DNA of 64,000 bases from assembly GCA_025999215.1 (NCBI GenBank), contig AP024679.1, positions 569,924 through 633,923 of the forward strand, written 5' to 3'. The DNA comes from Candidatus Dojkabacteria bacterium. GTDB taxonomy: Bacteria; Patescibacteriota; Dojkabacteria; J137. Below, in pieces: positions 1 to 9,483 of the stretch. Under the pieces are notes generated by a model. That model had not been told where the DNA came from and did no database searches. It was given only the letters and a program-made list of their open reading frames with translations. How positions within the stretch are numbered: the stretch's first letter is position 1; each line of letters begins with the position of its first letter. Both the position numbers and the translations under genes were made by a program.

Positions 1-1
1 C

Positions 2-253
2 TTTGACAAAACTTTAAGTAATGCCCTAGAAATCAAAGCAAGAAATGGAAAAGTAATTTTATTTACAGACGAGCAAATATCATTTGATTCAAAATTTATT
101 GATGATTTTTTGACGCTACCTCAGGTAAAATTTGATATGGAACCGTTTGTTTTTATTGTAATATTACAACTTTTTGCTTATTATGTAGCAAAGAAACTTG
201 GTAGAAATGTTGATAAACCAAGAAATTTAGCTAAATCAGTTACGGTTGAATAA
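2..253 (+). CDS. glmS: Glutamine--fructose-6-phosphate aminotransferase GlmS, C-terminal fragment (5' end outside window)
   Basis: Translation ends in '...VDKPRNLAKSVTVE' before a TAA, which is the conserved GlmS C-terminus. The frame is open from the window edge. Confidence 0.85.
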   Translation, partial: FDKTLSNALEIKARNGKVILFTDEQISFDSKFIDDFLTLPQVKFDMEPFVFIVILQLFAYYVAKKLGRNVDKPRNLAKSVTVE

Positions 254-285
254 TTAAATAATTTTTTATTTTTTAAATTTAGAAC

Positions 286-723
286 ATGGGAATCATACAT
301 TTTATAGTTTTAGTAATTGTCTCAATGATAGTTTTTACTATAATTGATTTTGTCTGGCTTGGTGTAATTGCAAAATCTTTGTATATCAACGAAATGGGAG
401 AGTTACTTAGAACTCGTGGCGGCAATTCAATTGCTCCAAGGTTAATTCCTGTAATTTTATTTTATATTATGTACAACTGTGGTTTGGTATTTTTTGCAAT
501 CATTAAAGGCGGAATTGATTATGATAGTTATTTTTATGCGTTTTTGTTTGGGGCGTTATTTGGTTTTTTTACTTATGGAACATATGAACTTACTAATTGG
601 GCTGTACTTTCCTCATGGAGTGTGAAATTAACATTTATTGATTGGTTTTGGGGAACGTTTTTAAGTGGTACAGTTGGGCTTATAGTCTACATGATTTATG
701 TAAACATTGTATCTAAGTTTTAG
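286..723 (+). CDS. Small polytopic membrane protein, function unknown
   Basis: 145-aa ORF with several hydrophobic segments. No recognisable catalytic motif. Confidence 0.55.
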   Translation: MGIIHFIVLVIVSMIVFTIIDFVWLGVIAKSLYINEMGELLRTRGGNSIAPRLIPVILFYIMYNCGLVFFAIIKGGIDYDSYFYAFLFGALFGFFTYGTYELTNWAVLSSWSVKLTFIDWFWGTFLSGTVGLIVYMIYVNIVSKF

Positions 724-731
724 ATTTAGTT

Positions 732-2717
732 TTATTTGGAAGTTAAGACCCATCCATTTTTAACTGGCTGAGCTTTGTTATTTTGGATTCTGTCAATTAG
801 TTGAGAACTTGGACCGTCATTTTTAATACCAGATAGAATTTTCAAACTTTTATCCCATTCTCCATCTACGTAATATTTGTAGGCTACTTCATACTTTTCA
901 ATGTTATTTATTTTATCAAGAGCTTCTTTTTTTGTAATCAAAGAATATAACTTAACACCTTTATTTTTACCTTTCACTATAACTTTATCAATAAAACGAA
1001 AAAACAAAACATCATCAATTTTTTTGAAGTCATTAGAATTTTTTAGAATGACAAAACTATCTTTAGGTAGATTATTTATTGTATTTTCGGTAACTAAAAT
1101 TGTTTGATCGTAAAGTTTTGTTAAACTTTCGACACGAGAAGCCAAATTCACTGAATCGCCAATTACTGTATAGTCCAATTTTTCATTTGATCCAATATTT
1201 CCAACATTTGCTTCACCAGTGTTGATACCAATGCCTATTTTAAATTCAGGTAGCCACTCTGGACGAGATTTATTAAAAATTTCAATTGCTTTCACTAAAC
1301 CAACTGCTGATTTACATGCATTTAAAGCATGATTTGTGTTTTCTATTGGAGCTCCCCAAAAAGCCATAATTGCATCACCGATGTATTTGTCAATAATTCC
1401 ATTAGTTTTAATAATTTCTTTACTTGCCAAACTTAAATATCTGTTTAGTTCTTGAACTAATTTTTCAGCAGGCAAATTTTCTGTAATTGTTGTAAAACCT
1501 CTAATGTCTGAAAAAAGAATTGTTATTGTTGCTTTTTTACCTTGTAATTGAAGATTATCAATATTTTCAAGAATTTCATTGAGAACATCTTTTGAAACAT
1601 AACTTTTAAAAATATTTTTAACTTTTTGTATCTCGTTATGTTTTTTGTAAAAATTATTTACTGTTGCAAAAAAATATGAAAGAGTGATGCTTAATATTAT
1701 GTAAAATGTTGGCAAAATAAATCCTAAATCAAAAAATTTAATGCTTAAGAAAAACGAACTAAAAATTAAACTAAAGTATAAGCCTAATCCCAAATGTGGT
1801 TTTAATTTATTACCAATTGCAAAACTAACAGTACCTAAAAATAACAATAAAATTAAGCTTGCAATGAAATTCGGCGTTTTCAAAATTTTTTGTGATAAAA
1901 GTGTATCAACGATGTTTGCTTGTATTTCTACACCTGGTATTGGTTCATTTCCTATTGGAGTGAAATATTCGTCGTGTAAATTTCTGGCATTTGCACCTAT
2001 CATTACAATTCTTTCATTAAATAAATCTTTTGGGTATTTTCCATTTAAAACATCAATCATTGATAACGTTAAATAGGTTTTTCGTTTACCTGCAAAGTTG
2101 ATTAAAATTTTTTGGTTATCTGTTATTTTTGTATCATTAACAAAAACTTCTTTACAATTATTGATTTCTACTTTTTTAATTAACGAGGTAATTTTCAAAG
2201 CAAACGATAGTTCACAATTTTGGTTTTTATCTATAATTAATTGTGCTTTCCTTATTACACCGTCCACATCAGGAGGTAAATTGACAAAACCTGCTTGAGT
2301 TACTTTATGAAGTTCATCAAATGGTAAAAGTACTTCATTGTTAACTATTTCACTACTTACAACTATTGGATAGCTAGCTTTTTTTACCTCTTGTATGAAT
2401 ATTTGATCTTCTTCTACTTTAGTATCAAAAAATGAAATATCAAAAGCTACAACTTTTGGTGAGGAATTATTTAAAAATTCAAGAAGATTACCGTAATGAG
2501 TTCTTGAAAGTGGCCAACCATTTAAATTAGATATGGTTTTCTCGTCAATTGCTATAATTACTATTTCTTCGTTGGCTTTTCCATCAATAAAAAGGTAATC
2601 ATTCAATTTGACTTGCCAATTTTCGAAGATCCCAAATGAAAATATAAATAAAATTATTGATGATGCTATTACAAAAAACAATAAATTAGATTTATATTTT
2701 TTTATTTCATTAAACAT
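732..2717 (-). CDS. CHASE2-sensor class III adenylate/guanylate cyclase
   Basis: N-terminal TM followed by a large extracytoplasmic domain and a TM cluster, which is CHASE2-like. The C-terminal catalytic region has 'ILFSDIRGFTTITE' and 'GDAIMAFWGAP', matching the class III cyclase 'FxDIxGFT' and 'GDxxMAxFG' motifs. Confidence 0.8.
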   Translation of the reverse strand: MFNEIKKYKSNLLFFVIASSIILFIFSFGIFENWQVKLNDYLFIDGKANEEIVIIAIDEKTISNLNGWPLSRTHYGNLLEFLNNSSPKVVAFDISFFDTKVEEDQIFIQEVKKASYPIVVSSEIVNNEVLLPFDELHKVTQAGFVNLPPDVDGVIRKAQLIIDKNQNCELSFALKITSLIKKVEINNCKEVFVNDTKITDNQKILINFAGKRKTYLTLSMIDVLNGKYPKDLFNERIVMIGANARNLHDEYFTPIGNEPIPGVEIQANIVDTLLSQKILKTPNFIASLILLLFLGTVSFAIGNKLKPHLGLGLYFSLIFSSFFLSIKFFDLGFILPTFYIILSITLSYFFATVNNFYKKHNEIQKVKNIFKSYVSKDVLNEILENIDNLQLQGKKATITILFSDIRGFTTITENLPAEKLVQELNRYLSLASKEIIKTNGIIDKYIGDAIMAFWGAPIENTNHALNACKSAVGLVKAIEIFNKSRPEWLPEFKIGIGINTGEANVGNIGSNEKLDYTVIGDSVNLASRVESLTKLYDQTILVTENTINNLPKDSFVILKNSNDFKKIDDVLFFRFIDKVIVKGKNKGVKLYSLITKKEALDKINNIEKYEVAYKYYVDGEWDKSLKILSGIKNDGPSSQLIDRIQNNKAQPVKNGWVLTSK

Positions 2718-2719
2718 TT

Positions 2720-4249
2720 TTAATAAAGAGGTGAATAAACAAGAACCTCAACGCTATCGTCACTAATATACTCATTATTGTAGTATAAATATGCCTTCAC
2801 AACTAAAGTGCCAAAATATTTTGGTTCAGAAGATCCATTAACTGTGTATGTAAAACCATCGTTTGTTTTGTTTTCTATTGCATCGAAACAGTTATATTCT
2901 GTTGTAAAATCACTACCATTCCAATACAAACCATTTTTACTAATTTCAATTTTTACTTCTGTTAAATTTTCTGTGCCTTGTGGAATGTCAAAAATATTGT
3001 AACTTCCAGTAACTTCAAAATCAGTCCAGTAACTATCATCTTCTGGGAATTCAATTTCGATATTACCAGTTGGTTTCTTTGGTATTTCAAAAGTTATAAA
3101 ATTAGGATCTGAGTTAAGAAACCCCTGAGCTCGCGCAATGGCTGAAATTGTATATGTTGTATTGTACGATAGTTCTAAGTTGTTTATTTCAAAATTACCG
3201 CTACCGTCAACTTCCGTCCAGTTTAGAATGTCAGTGTTATTTTCTGATGTGCCAATTGCAAACATATAATTTTGAGCATTTTGGCTACTTAACTTTAACT
3301 TTAAACCAGTTACAGAAATATCGGAAATATTTATGTTAGGTTTATTTAATTTTTGTGGAGTTCTAACTGGATTATTAGATTGTGTTTGTTTTGGCTCTTC
3401 ATTTGGTTTGGTATCTTCTGTAGATGTGTTTTCATCAATTTCTAATTGAGCGTTTTGACAATTTATATTTTTAATTTTTCTTAAAAATTCGATTTTTCTA
3501 GAATTATCTGTAAATATATTTTCAGTATAATCAAGCCTTGTTTTCAAGCATTCGTTAAATTCATACCAATTTTTATCAAATTCTTTTGTGGTTAGTTTTT
3601 GCTTTAAACTTTCTAACTTATTTTTAAGTTTTTCATCAAAAATATCGCGCCTAAACTTAACACCTTCTCCTTGAGATAAGTCTATCTTTAAATTTGAGCG
3701 TTCGTTTTGTTTGTTTTTAAAGTAAACTGAAACACTACTCTCTTCAACAATGACACTAGTTTCATTCTCCACCTTTGTGATAAATTCAGTTCCTCTAACA
3801 GTAGCAACAACATCTTCAGTATCAACACTATAGTCATTTTGAATTCCAACCAACTTTTTGACTCTTGACCAAGTTATACCACTTTTTTGTTCTATTACAG
3901 TTATGATTGCTTCTGATGTTTTTTCTAAAGTTTTGACAGTGATTGTTGTATTTCCACCAAGAGTGATTGATGATCCATTATCAATTATTAAAACAGCTTT
4001 TGAGTTTTCTCCAGTCGTGATAGTGTCACCAATTTTTACGGGAGTTGATTCTTCTACTATAACTTCATTGTTTAAATTGGCTTGTCCATTAACCACGAAT
4101 AATTCCATTGAGTAGTTTGTGCTTACGTTGTACTCCTGTATTTTGGTTGAAGAGTTATTAAGAAAAAAATATAAAACGGCAGTTAACAAAAAAAACAGCA
4201 CGAAAGTAACAAAAAAAATTTTCTTTTTATGTTTTTTAAAAAAATTCAT
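2720..4249 (-). CDS. Secreted/membrane-anchored FecR-domain protein with C-terminal beta-rich (Fn3/Ig-like) region
   Basis: N-terminal signal/anchor. 'VKIGDTITTGENSKAVLIIDNGSSITLGGNTTITV' resembles the FecR fold. The gene sits 2 bp upstream of the cyclase gene on the same strand. Confidence 0.55.
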   Translation of the reverse strand: MNFFKKHKKKIFFVTFVLFFLLTAVLYFFLNNSSTKIQEYNVSTNYSMELFVVNGQANLNNEVIVEESTPVKIGDTITTGENSKAVLIIDNGSSITLGGNTTITVKTLEKTSEAIITVIEQKSGITWSRVKKLVGIQNDYSVDTEDVVATVRGTEFITKVENETSVIVEESSVSVYFKNKQNERSNLKIDLSQGEGVKFRRDIFDEKLKNKLESLKQKLTTKEFDKNWYEFNECLKTRLDYTENIFTDNSRKIEFLRKIKNINCQNAQLEIDENTSTEDTKPNEEPKQTQSNNPVRTPQKLNKPNINISDISVTGLKLKLSSQNAQNYMFAIGTSENNTDILNWTEVDGSGNFEINNLELSYNTTYTISAIARAQGFLNSDPNFITFEIPKKPTGNIEIEFPEDDSYWTDFEVTGSYNIFDIPQGTENLTEVKIEISKNGLYWNGSDFTTEYNCFDAIENKTNDGFTYTVNGSSEPKYFGTLVVKAYLYYNNEYISDDSVEVLVYSPLY

Positions 4250-4272
4250 TTCTTAAGAAGTTTTAGCTATTA

Positions 4273-4348
4273 TGGAGCGAATGACCGGGCTCGAACCGGC
4301 AACCTTTTCCTTGGCAAGGAAACGTTCTACCAATTGAACTACATTCGC
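4273..4348 (-). tRNA. tRNA-Gly (anticodon GCC), CCA encoded
   Basis: The reverse complement folds as a cloverleaf. Acceptor GCGAATG/CATTCGC, D-stem GTTC/GAAC, anticodon loop TTGCCAA, T-loop TTCGAGC. Confidence 0.9.
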
Positions 4349-4410
4349 ACGACTAATTTTATAATTTTAATTATTAAAAATCAACTTTTATTTTAAAATA
4401 CCAACATATT

Positions 4411-5199
4411 TTACATGTTTTCAAATGTTTTATTTTGAATAGGCTCTAAAGCTTTAAGCCTCCTAATGCCATTATCTTCTTTTTGTATTAAGTAACCGTT
4501 TTTTGTAAAATTTATTCCATTTTCATCAGTTTCTAACCATTCTTGATCTTCGAGTGGTTTAGTTTCGTCATGAACTTTAATTGATGCTCTCTTAACACCT
4601 GAAAGCTTTCCATAGTTAGGTGTAGAGTGTATGTAGTTTATTTGTTTGACTTTTCCATTTTTTCTAATTACCTCTTCTACTAGTAAAACATGATGAGCAT
4701 TTCTTTTTTGAGTTTTTAAACGAATTAAGTCACCTGGTAAAATTTCATTTAATTCAACAGATCTGGAGTTTTCTAGGTTAGTAAGATAATTTGCGCCAAT
4801 TTTTTCTACTGGTCGTAAATAAAATAAAATTTTTCCAAACAGGGTTTTTTTAATAGGCACTTTAATTTTACTCCAAATATTTCTGCCCGTTTCTAATTTA
4901 TACCAAAAGTTAATTACATGTGTTACAAATCCAGAACAATCTATACCAATGTTTCTGTCCACTAAAAAATTTCTAATTTCATCATGATTCATTAAATCAA
5001 AATTAACTCCTTTAACTTTTTCCCAAATTTTTGCCTCAATTTCTATTTCATCTGGAGAACCTTTACCTAGTAATGCTCGCAGATCTTTTTTCTTTGCAGT
5101 ATTTATAAAATATGGACAAGTTACCTTTTTATTTCCTAAATTTAACTCAAAGTAACGATTTATAAATTTTTTTACTTCTTTTGGTAATTCTTGGGTCAT
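4411..5199 (-). CDS. Cytoplasmic NlpC/P60-family cysteine amidase/peptidase-like protein
   Basis: 'IGIDCSGFVTHV' matches the catalytic Cys motif DCSGFV, and 'NAHHVLLV' is a candidate catalytic His. No signal peptide. Confidence 0.6.
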   Translation of the reverse strand: MTQELPKEVKKFINRYFELNLGNKKVTCPYFINTAKKKDLRALLGKGSPDEIEIEAKIWEKVKGVNFDLMNHDEIRNFLVDRNIGIDCSGFVTHVINFWYKLETGRNIWSKIKVPIKKTLFGKILFYLRPVEKIGANYLTNLENSRSVELNEILPGDLIRLKTQKRNAHHVLLVEEVIRKNGKVKQINYIHSTPNYGKLSGVKRASIKVHDETKPLEDQEWLETDENGINFTKNGYLIQKEDNGIRRLKALEPIQNKTFENM

Positions 5200-5200
5200 T

Positions 5201-6571
5201 TTAATTATCTAACATATAATTTTCTATTTTTTGCAAAGCTTTAAGAATCCATGGTTTAACTTTAAAATTTTCTTGAACAATACTATTTTTGAACTGAAAT
5301 CTAGCAATTTCTTCAGCTATAGTTTTTTGGCTAAACTTTGGCTTGAATAAAATAACAAAACCACCATTTTGTATTTCATCAATAGAATATCCATCATTTT
5401 GAAAAACCAGCGGCATGTCCTTTTCTTCATCTAAAAAAATTATGTTTTTTTTGACATCAACAGGTTTGTTATTTTGCCAAACTAGGGCTGAATTATCACT
5501 TTGAAGTCTGTAAATACCTGACTTTAAGCTTTCCTTAACTATACAATCATTTTTTGCTCTCAAAAAAATTTGTGAGCCTTCTAGAGGTGTTAGATCGCTT
5601 GGAGCACTATAATCAAAATCTATATCTAAAAAATGAGCAATATCTAAACACATCAGAGGCAGTGTATCATGTTGTAATTCGAGTTTGGTTTGCATTGGTA
5701 GGTTTGCTGTCTGCCTAGCATTAATTTCAATTATCCAAACATCATTATTTAAAATAAAATCAACACCAAAAAGACCATAGAATCCAATTTTTCTCATAGC
5801 TTCACCTATTTTTTGAATATTTCTAATAATTTCATTTTTGTGATTTTTATAAATTTTATAGCCTAATCCCCAATCGTTTCCGACTGTTGTTGCTTCGTTA
5901 GAACATGCTTCAGGAATTCCAGTAATTTGGTATTGAACACCTGATACAAAAACTCCATTATTTGTAATGCACCCGTTTATAGTCATTGGAATTCCATCAA
6001 TAAACTCCGATATTTTAACTAGTGATCCCTTAAGATTTTTTATTTTTTCGGCAATATTGTCACTTTTATCTAATATAAGTGTACCAACTCCTGTATGCCC
6101 TTTGGGAAGTTGTATTACCATTTTTTGTGCAGGGAAACTTTTAATAGAATCAATATCTAGAGTCGTAATTTTAAATTTTGGAAATTTAACTTTGGCAGAT
6201 TCTAAAAACTTAGTGGCTTTAATTTTATCTTCAAAAATTTTAGAAAAACTTGGATTTGGGTTTAGAACTTTACATTTTTTTTGTACGAGTTTGGAGTAAA
6301 GTGTAATTTGGTGATAAAAGGTTTGCACTACATCACCTTCCTTTATTTTAGGATTTTTGGTGAGTAATTCTGTTGTATTCCTTGCATTTTCAAAAACTTG
6401 AGCACTTACAGATTGTGCAATATGATCATTTTCTTTGCATACAACTTGGTAATTATTAATTAATTTTTCAAGTCCTAATCCTCTTTCTGCTTCTTTTGAT
6501 ATGTAGTAGAAATTTTTGTTGTTAAGTTTTTTATTGATTTTTTCTATTAAGTTACGAGTTTTTTTATCCAT
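5201..6571 (-). CDS. ATP-grasp family ligase with C-terminal extension
   Basis: 'GLFGVDFILNNDVWIIEINARQ' is a typical ATP-grasp Mg/ATP-binding strand (GxDF...E.N.RP-like). The gene abuts the NlpC/P60 gene with a 1-bp gap. Confidence 0.7.
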   Translation of the reverse strand: MDKKTRNLIEKINKKLNNKNFYYISKEAERGLGLEKLINNYQVVCKENDHIAQSVSAQVFENARNTTELLTKNPKIKEGDVVQTFYHQITLYSKLVQKKCKVLNPNPSFSKIFEDKIKATKFLESAKVKFPKFKITTLDIDSIKSFPAQKMVIQLPKGHTGVGTLILDKSDNIAEKIKNLKGSLVKISEFIDGIPMTINGCITNNGVFVSGVQYQITGIPEACSNEATTVGNDWGLGYKIYKNHKNEIIRNIQKIGEAMRKIGFYGLFGVDFILNNDVWIIEINARQTANLPMQTKLELQHDTLPLMCLDIAHFLDIDFDYSAPSDLTPLEGSQIFLRAKNDCIVKESLKSGIYRLQSDNSALVWQNNKPVDVKKNIIFLDEEKDMPLVFQNDGYSIDEIQNGGFVILFKPKFSQKTIAEEIARFQFKNSIVQENFKVKPWILKALQKIENYMLDN

Positions 6572-6572
6572 T

Positions 6573-7094
6573 TTAAACTTTGTAAATTTTTATCTTTTTG
6601 GTTTCAAAAATAGGTTTATGATGTTTAAATGAAAAAGAATTAGATATAATCAAACTCCCAGGTTTCATTTCCGAAAAAATTTTTGTTTCTAATTTTTCCA
6701 TAACTTCTGGGTAAAGATATAAATACGCAATGTCAAAATTTTCAAAACTAACTTTAAAAAAATTCTTGTTAATAAATTTTTGCCTATGTTTAAACCTTGA
6801 AAAAATTCTAAATATTTTGGAAATAAATGAGAAAAAAGGGTTAATTTCAATACCATGAGCAATAAATCCTTTGCTGCTTGCCCAGCGTACAATTCTTCCA
6901 TCTCCTGATCCTACATCAACAAAATTTTTATATTGAGTTGTATCAATGTTAAATTTTTTAATAGCTTCTTCTAAATGTTTGGGGCTTGAAGGATAAAATG
7001 GAGCACTAAATATATTACTCCAAAAATAATAAGCTAAAAATAGCAACAAAAGTAATTCACAAAAAATGACGGAAAATAAAAATAAAAAATACAT
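6573..7094 (-). CDS. Class I SAM-dependent methyltransferase
   Basis: 'FVDVGSGDGRIVRWA' is motif I (GxGxG), and 'GIEINP' is motif II-like. Confidence 0.7.
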   Translation of the reverse strand: MYFLFLFSVIFCELLLLLFLAYYFWSNIFSAPFYPSSPKHLEEAIKKFNIDTTQYKNFVDVGSGDGRIVRWASSKGFIAHGIEINPFFSFISKIFRIFSRFKHRQKFINKNFFKVSFENFDIAYLYLYPEVMEKLETKIFSEMKPGSLIISNSFSFKHHKPIFETKKIKIYKV

Positions 7095-7111
7095 AGTAAA
7101 TTATAACAAAT

Positions 7112-8020
7112 CTACATACCACTAGCGATAACTATGGAATTTTCAAGATTATGTTCAGCTGTAAATTTTATAGCTCCAGCAATACTTAACAGAGAAGTAT
7201 AAGAATATTGATTAAATTTATCTTTGAGATTTAAAAGTTCTTTATTGGTTATTACATAAGCTTTTCCATTTGTGGAGTTAATAATTTTTTGAACTTGGTA
7301 TGATCTTTTCATGCTTTTGTCAGTAATGGAATCGGCTAAACTTTGATTATTGCTAATTGGTTCAGCAGGTAGTAAAGGATGAACACTTTCAGTTTGACAA
7401 ACAACTATTTGTGGAAACAAATCATGGTTTTTAATTTTCATTGCAATACCTTGCACAGCACCGACCACACCTGCTCCAGAAGATGCAGGGAATACAATTG
7501 GAATTTTTTGGTTAATTTTATTTATAAATGCAGCTAACTCAAAGCCTAAAGACCAATAGCCAATTAGAGCATCATCGTCAAAAGATGATGAGATGGGATA
7601 AGATTGCTCACTTGATACAAGTTTGGCTCGCAATAATTTTGCTTTATTGGTCTGGTGTAATCTGTGCTTTGTGTTTTGTATTAGTGATTTTATTTTTTGT
7701 AATTTTTCTGAGTTTATTGTATTTGATACTATGATATCTAGTGTAAGCTCTGGGTATAATTTTGAATAGTGTAAAAAGCTTATCCCAGCGTTACCGCTAG
7801 TTGATAAAACTCCTCGAGTGATTCGCTTGTTTTTTAATTTTGAAATTAAGAATGCTGTCATTCTATCTTTCCATGAATTGGAAGGATTTTGATCTTCTCT
7901 TTTTACAAATAGCTTTAGTTTATTGAAAGATATTTCATCAAATGGAGTGTCACCTTCATTCAAGGTGAGATGTTCACCATCTAATTTTTTGGATATTTCT
8001 CTATATTGCCAAATACTCAT
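7112..8020 (-). CDS. Fold-type II PLP-dependent enzyme (threonine synthase/cysteine synthase-like)
   Basis: 'NPSNSWKDRMTAF' matches the PLP-lysine motif (NPTGSFKDR), and the glycine-rich 'SSGAGVVGA' is a phosphate-binding loop. Confidence 0.75.
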   Translation of the reverse strand: MSIWQYREISKKLDGEHLTLNEGDTPFDEISFNKLKLFVKREDQNPSNSWKDRMTAFLISKLKNKRITRGVLSTSGNAGISFLHYSKLYPELTLDIIVSNTINSEKLQKIKSLIQNTKHRLHQTNKAKLLRAKLVSSEQSYPISSSFDDDALIGYWSLGFELAAFINKINQKIPIVFPASSGAGVVGAVQGIAMKIKNHDLFPQIVVCQTESVHPLLPAEPISNNQSLADSITDKSMKRSYQVQKIINSTNGKAYVITNKELLNLKDKFNQYSYTSLLSIAGAIKFTAEHNLENSIVIASGM

Positions 8021-8062
8021 TAATCTGATACCATTTAATATAAATTATTAAAATATTTTAGC

Positions 8063-8320
8063 ATGAATGATTTAAATAATTCTGAAGTTGCTTTATTAAA
8101 TGATAATAAAACTGAATGTTTGGTATGTGAGAACGAGTTTGAAATTGATTTTAACAATTTGATGATTGAAGGAATTGAAAATTTAGATCAATTGAGAAAA
8201 TATTTACAAGATAAGCCCACTGCTATCATTTATTACTCTTGTCCTCATTGTTTGATGGAGTATGTATTTAAAATGGTTGGTTCAGGTCTTGGTTTGGAAT
8301 TACACGAAGAGGAAAAATAA
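8063..8320 (+). CDS. Small Zn-ribbon protein (CxxC...CxxC) with acidic C-terminal tail
   Basis: 85 aa. 'CLVCENEF' and 'CPHCLMEY' form two CxxC pairs. The tail is '...LELHEEEK'. Confidence 0.55.
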   Translation: MNDLNNSEVALLNDNKTECLVCENEFEIDFNNLMIEGIENLDQLRKYLQDKPTAIIYYSCPHCLMEYVFKMVGSGLGLELHEEEK

Positions 8321-8327
8321 AAAGTAC

Positions 8328-8816
8328 CTAAATTGTAGGTAGAGTTATTTCTAGTTGAAGTAGGATTACTTCTTCATTTATTATCAATACAGCTTCTATT
8401 GTGAATGTGGCAATTTGGGCTTTTGCTTCATATGTTTGTTTAATTTGAAAACTAGGTACATCTATTTTTCCATTATCATATGTGGTTATAATCATTAAAC
8501 ACTCTTGATATTCGTTTTGATCATGATCAGAAACTGATATTGTATAGACTAATTCACTTGCATTAGGTTTATTTGTTAATGTACTTTCTCCTAAAATAAA
8601 ATTGCTAAGATCTATCTCGATATAATTTATCTCAATTTTGAAGTTTTTAAACTCTAAAATTACTTTATTAAATTCATTTTCATTTTGAGACTCTGAAAAT
8701 TCAATATTGATAGAGGGTGGTGAGCAAAATCCATTTATAGAAAAGGGCTCCCATTTACTGTTTACAATTTGTAAAATTTCATAAAGCTCATTGTTTGGGT
8801 CAGGGTTTTCAAACAT
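8328..8816 (-). CDS. Hypothetical protein
   Basis: 162-aa ORF with no recognisable motifs. Confidence 0.45.
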   Translation of the reverse strand: MFENPDPNNELYEILQIVNSKWEPFSINGFCSPPSINIEFSESQNENEFNKVILEFKNFKIEINYIEIDLSNFILGESTLTNKPNASELVYTISVSDHDQNEYQECLMIITTYDNGKIDVPSFQIKQTYEAKAQIATFTIEAVLIINEEVILLQLEITLPTI

Positions 8817-8874
8817 TAGGTTTTAAAACTTTATTAATTTAGGTCTGCTTTTGGCTTAATGTTTGTAAAAAATT

Positions 8875-9423
8875 TTACAACAATAAATGAGTTTCGATTA
8901 TATCATTAAAAACTTTGTCTAGAATATTTATTTCATCTTTATCAAATCTTGAAAGAACATAATCTTTGCCTGGTATATTTTTTCTTAATTCATCATTTCT
9001 ATTCTCAATACCAATTCTTAGTCTCCAAAAAGCTTTTGATTTAAGTTTATTTTCTATATCAAGTATACCATTATGGCTTTTGGGTCCTTTGCCAAAATTT
9101 AGTATAAAGTTTCCAAGCTTTATATCTAAATCATCGTGAATAATTAAAATTTGCTTGAGATCAAATTTATAAAAATTCATAAGAGATGCTACACAATCAC
9201 CAGATAAATTCATCATAGTGTTTGGTAAAGCTATATATTTATACTCCTCTCTTGTAAAAATTTGTTTGATATAGCATTTGAGTTTTGGGTTAAGTTTGAA
9301 ATTTTCGTTTCCAACCCATTTTTCAACAAATAAAAACCCAACATTGTGTCTTGTGTGAGTGTATTCAGCTCCAATATTTCCCAAAGCAATGATTAATTTT
9401 ATATTATTAAAATCAAAGACCAT
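8875..9423 (-). CDS. pth: Peptidyl-tRNA hydrolase
   Basis: 'LGNIGAEYTHTRHNVGF' matches Pth 'GLGNPGxxYxxTRHNxG'. Later in the protein, 'MNLSG' and 'HNGI' motifs are also present. Confidence 0.88.
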   Translation of the reverse strand: MVFDFNNIKLIIALGNIGAEYTHTRHNVGFLFVEKWVGNENFKLNPKLKCYIKQIFTREEYKYIALPNTMMNLSGDCVASLMNFYKFDLKQILIIHDDLDIKLGNFILNFGKGPKSHNGILDIENKLKSKAFWRLRIGIENRNDELRKNIPGKDYVLSRFDKDEINILDKVFNDIIETHLLL

Positions 9424-9483
9424 AACAAATTATATCACCTTTAGTTTGCTTGAGTTAGTTTGGATAAAGTTTTAAAATGAATT

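Noticed and set aside
901-2298. Short ORFs (68, 111, 66 aa) on the + strand inside the cyclase gene, and similar antisense ORFs inside other long genes (e.g. 2808-3002, 5967-6299, 16825-17205, 20921-21318, 34198-35475, 58765-59271)
   Set aside because: They lie antisense or out of frame within well-supported long CDSs. They have low-complexity, AT-codon-biased translations and no RBS, so they are treated as non-coding.
8063-8320. LysW-type amino-group carrier protein identity for the 85-aa Zn-ribbon protein
   Set aside because: LysW-type carriers end in a conserved Glu (EDWGE-like) that is ligated by a RimK-type ATP-grasp enzyme. This protein ends in Lys (HEEEK), and the adjacent ATP-grasp is not RimK-sized. 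Only a loose architectural analogy is kept in the finding.
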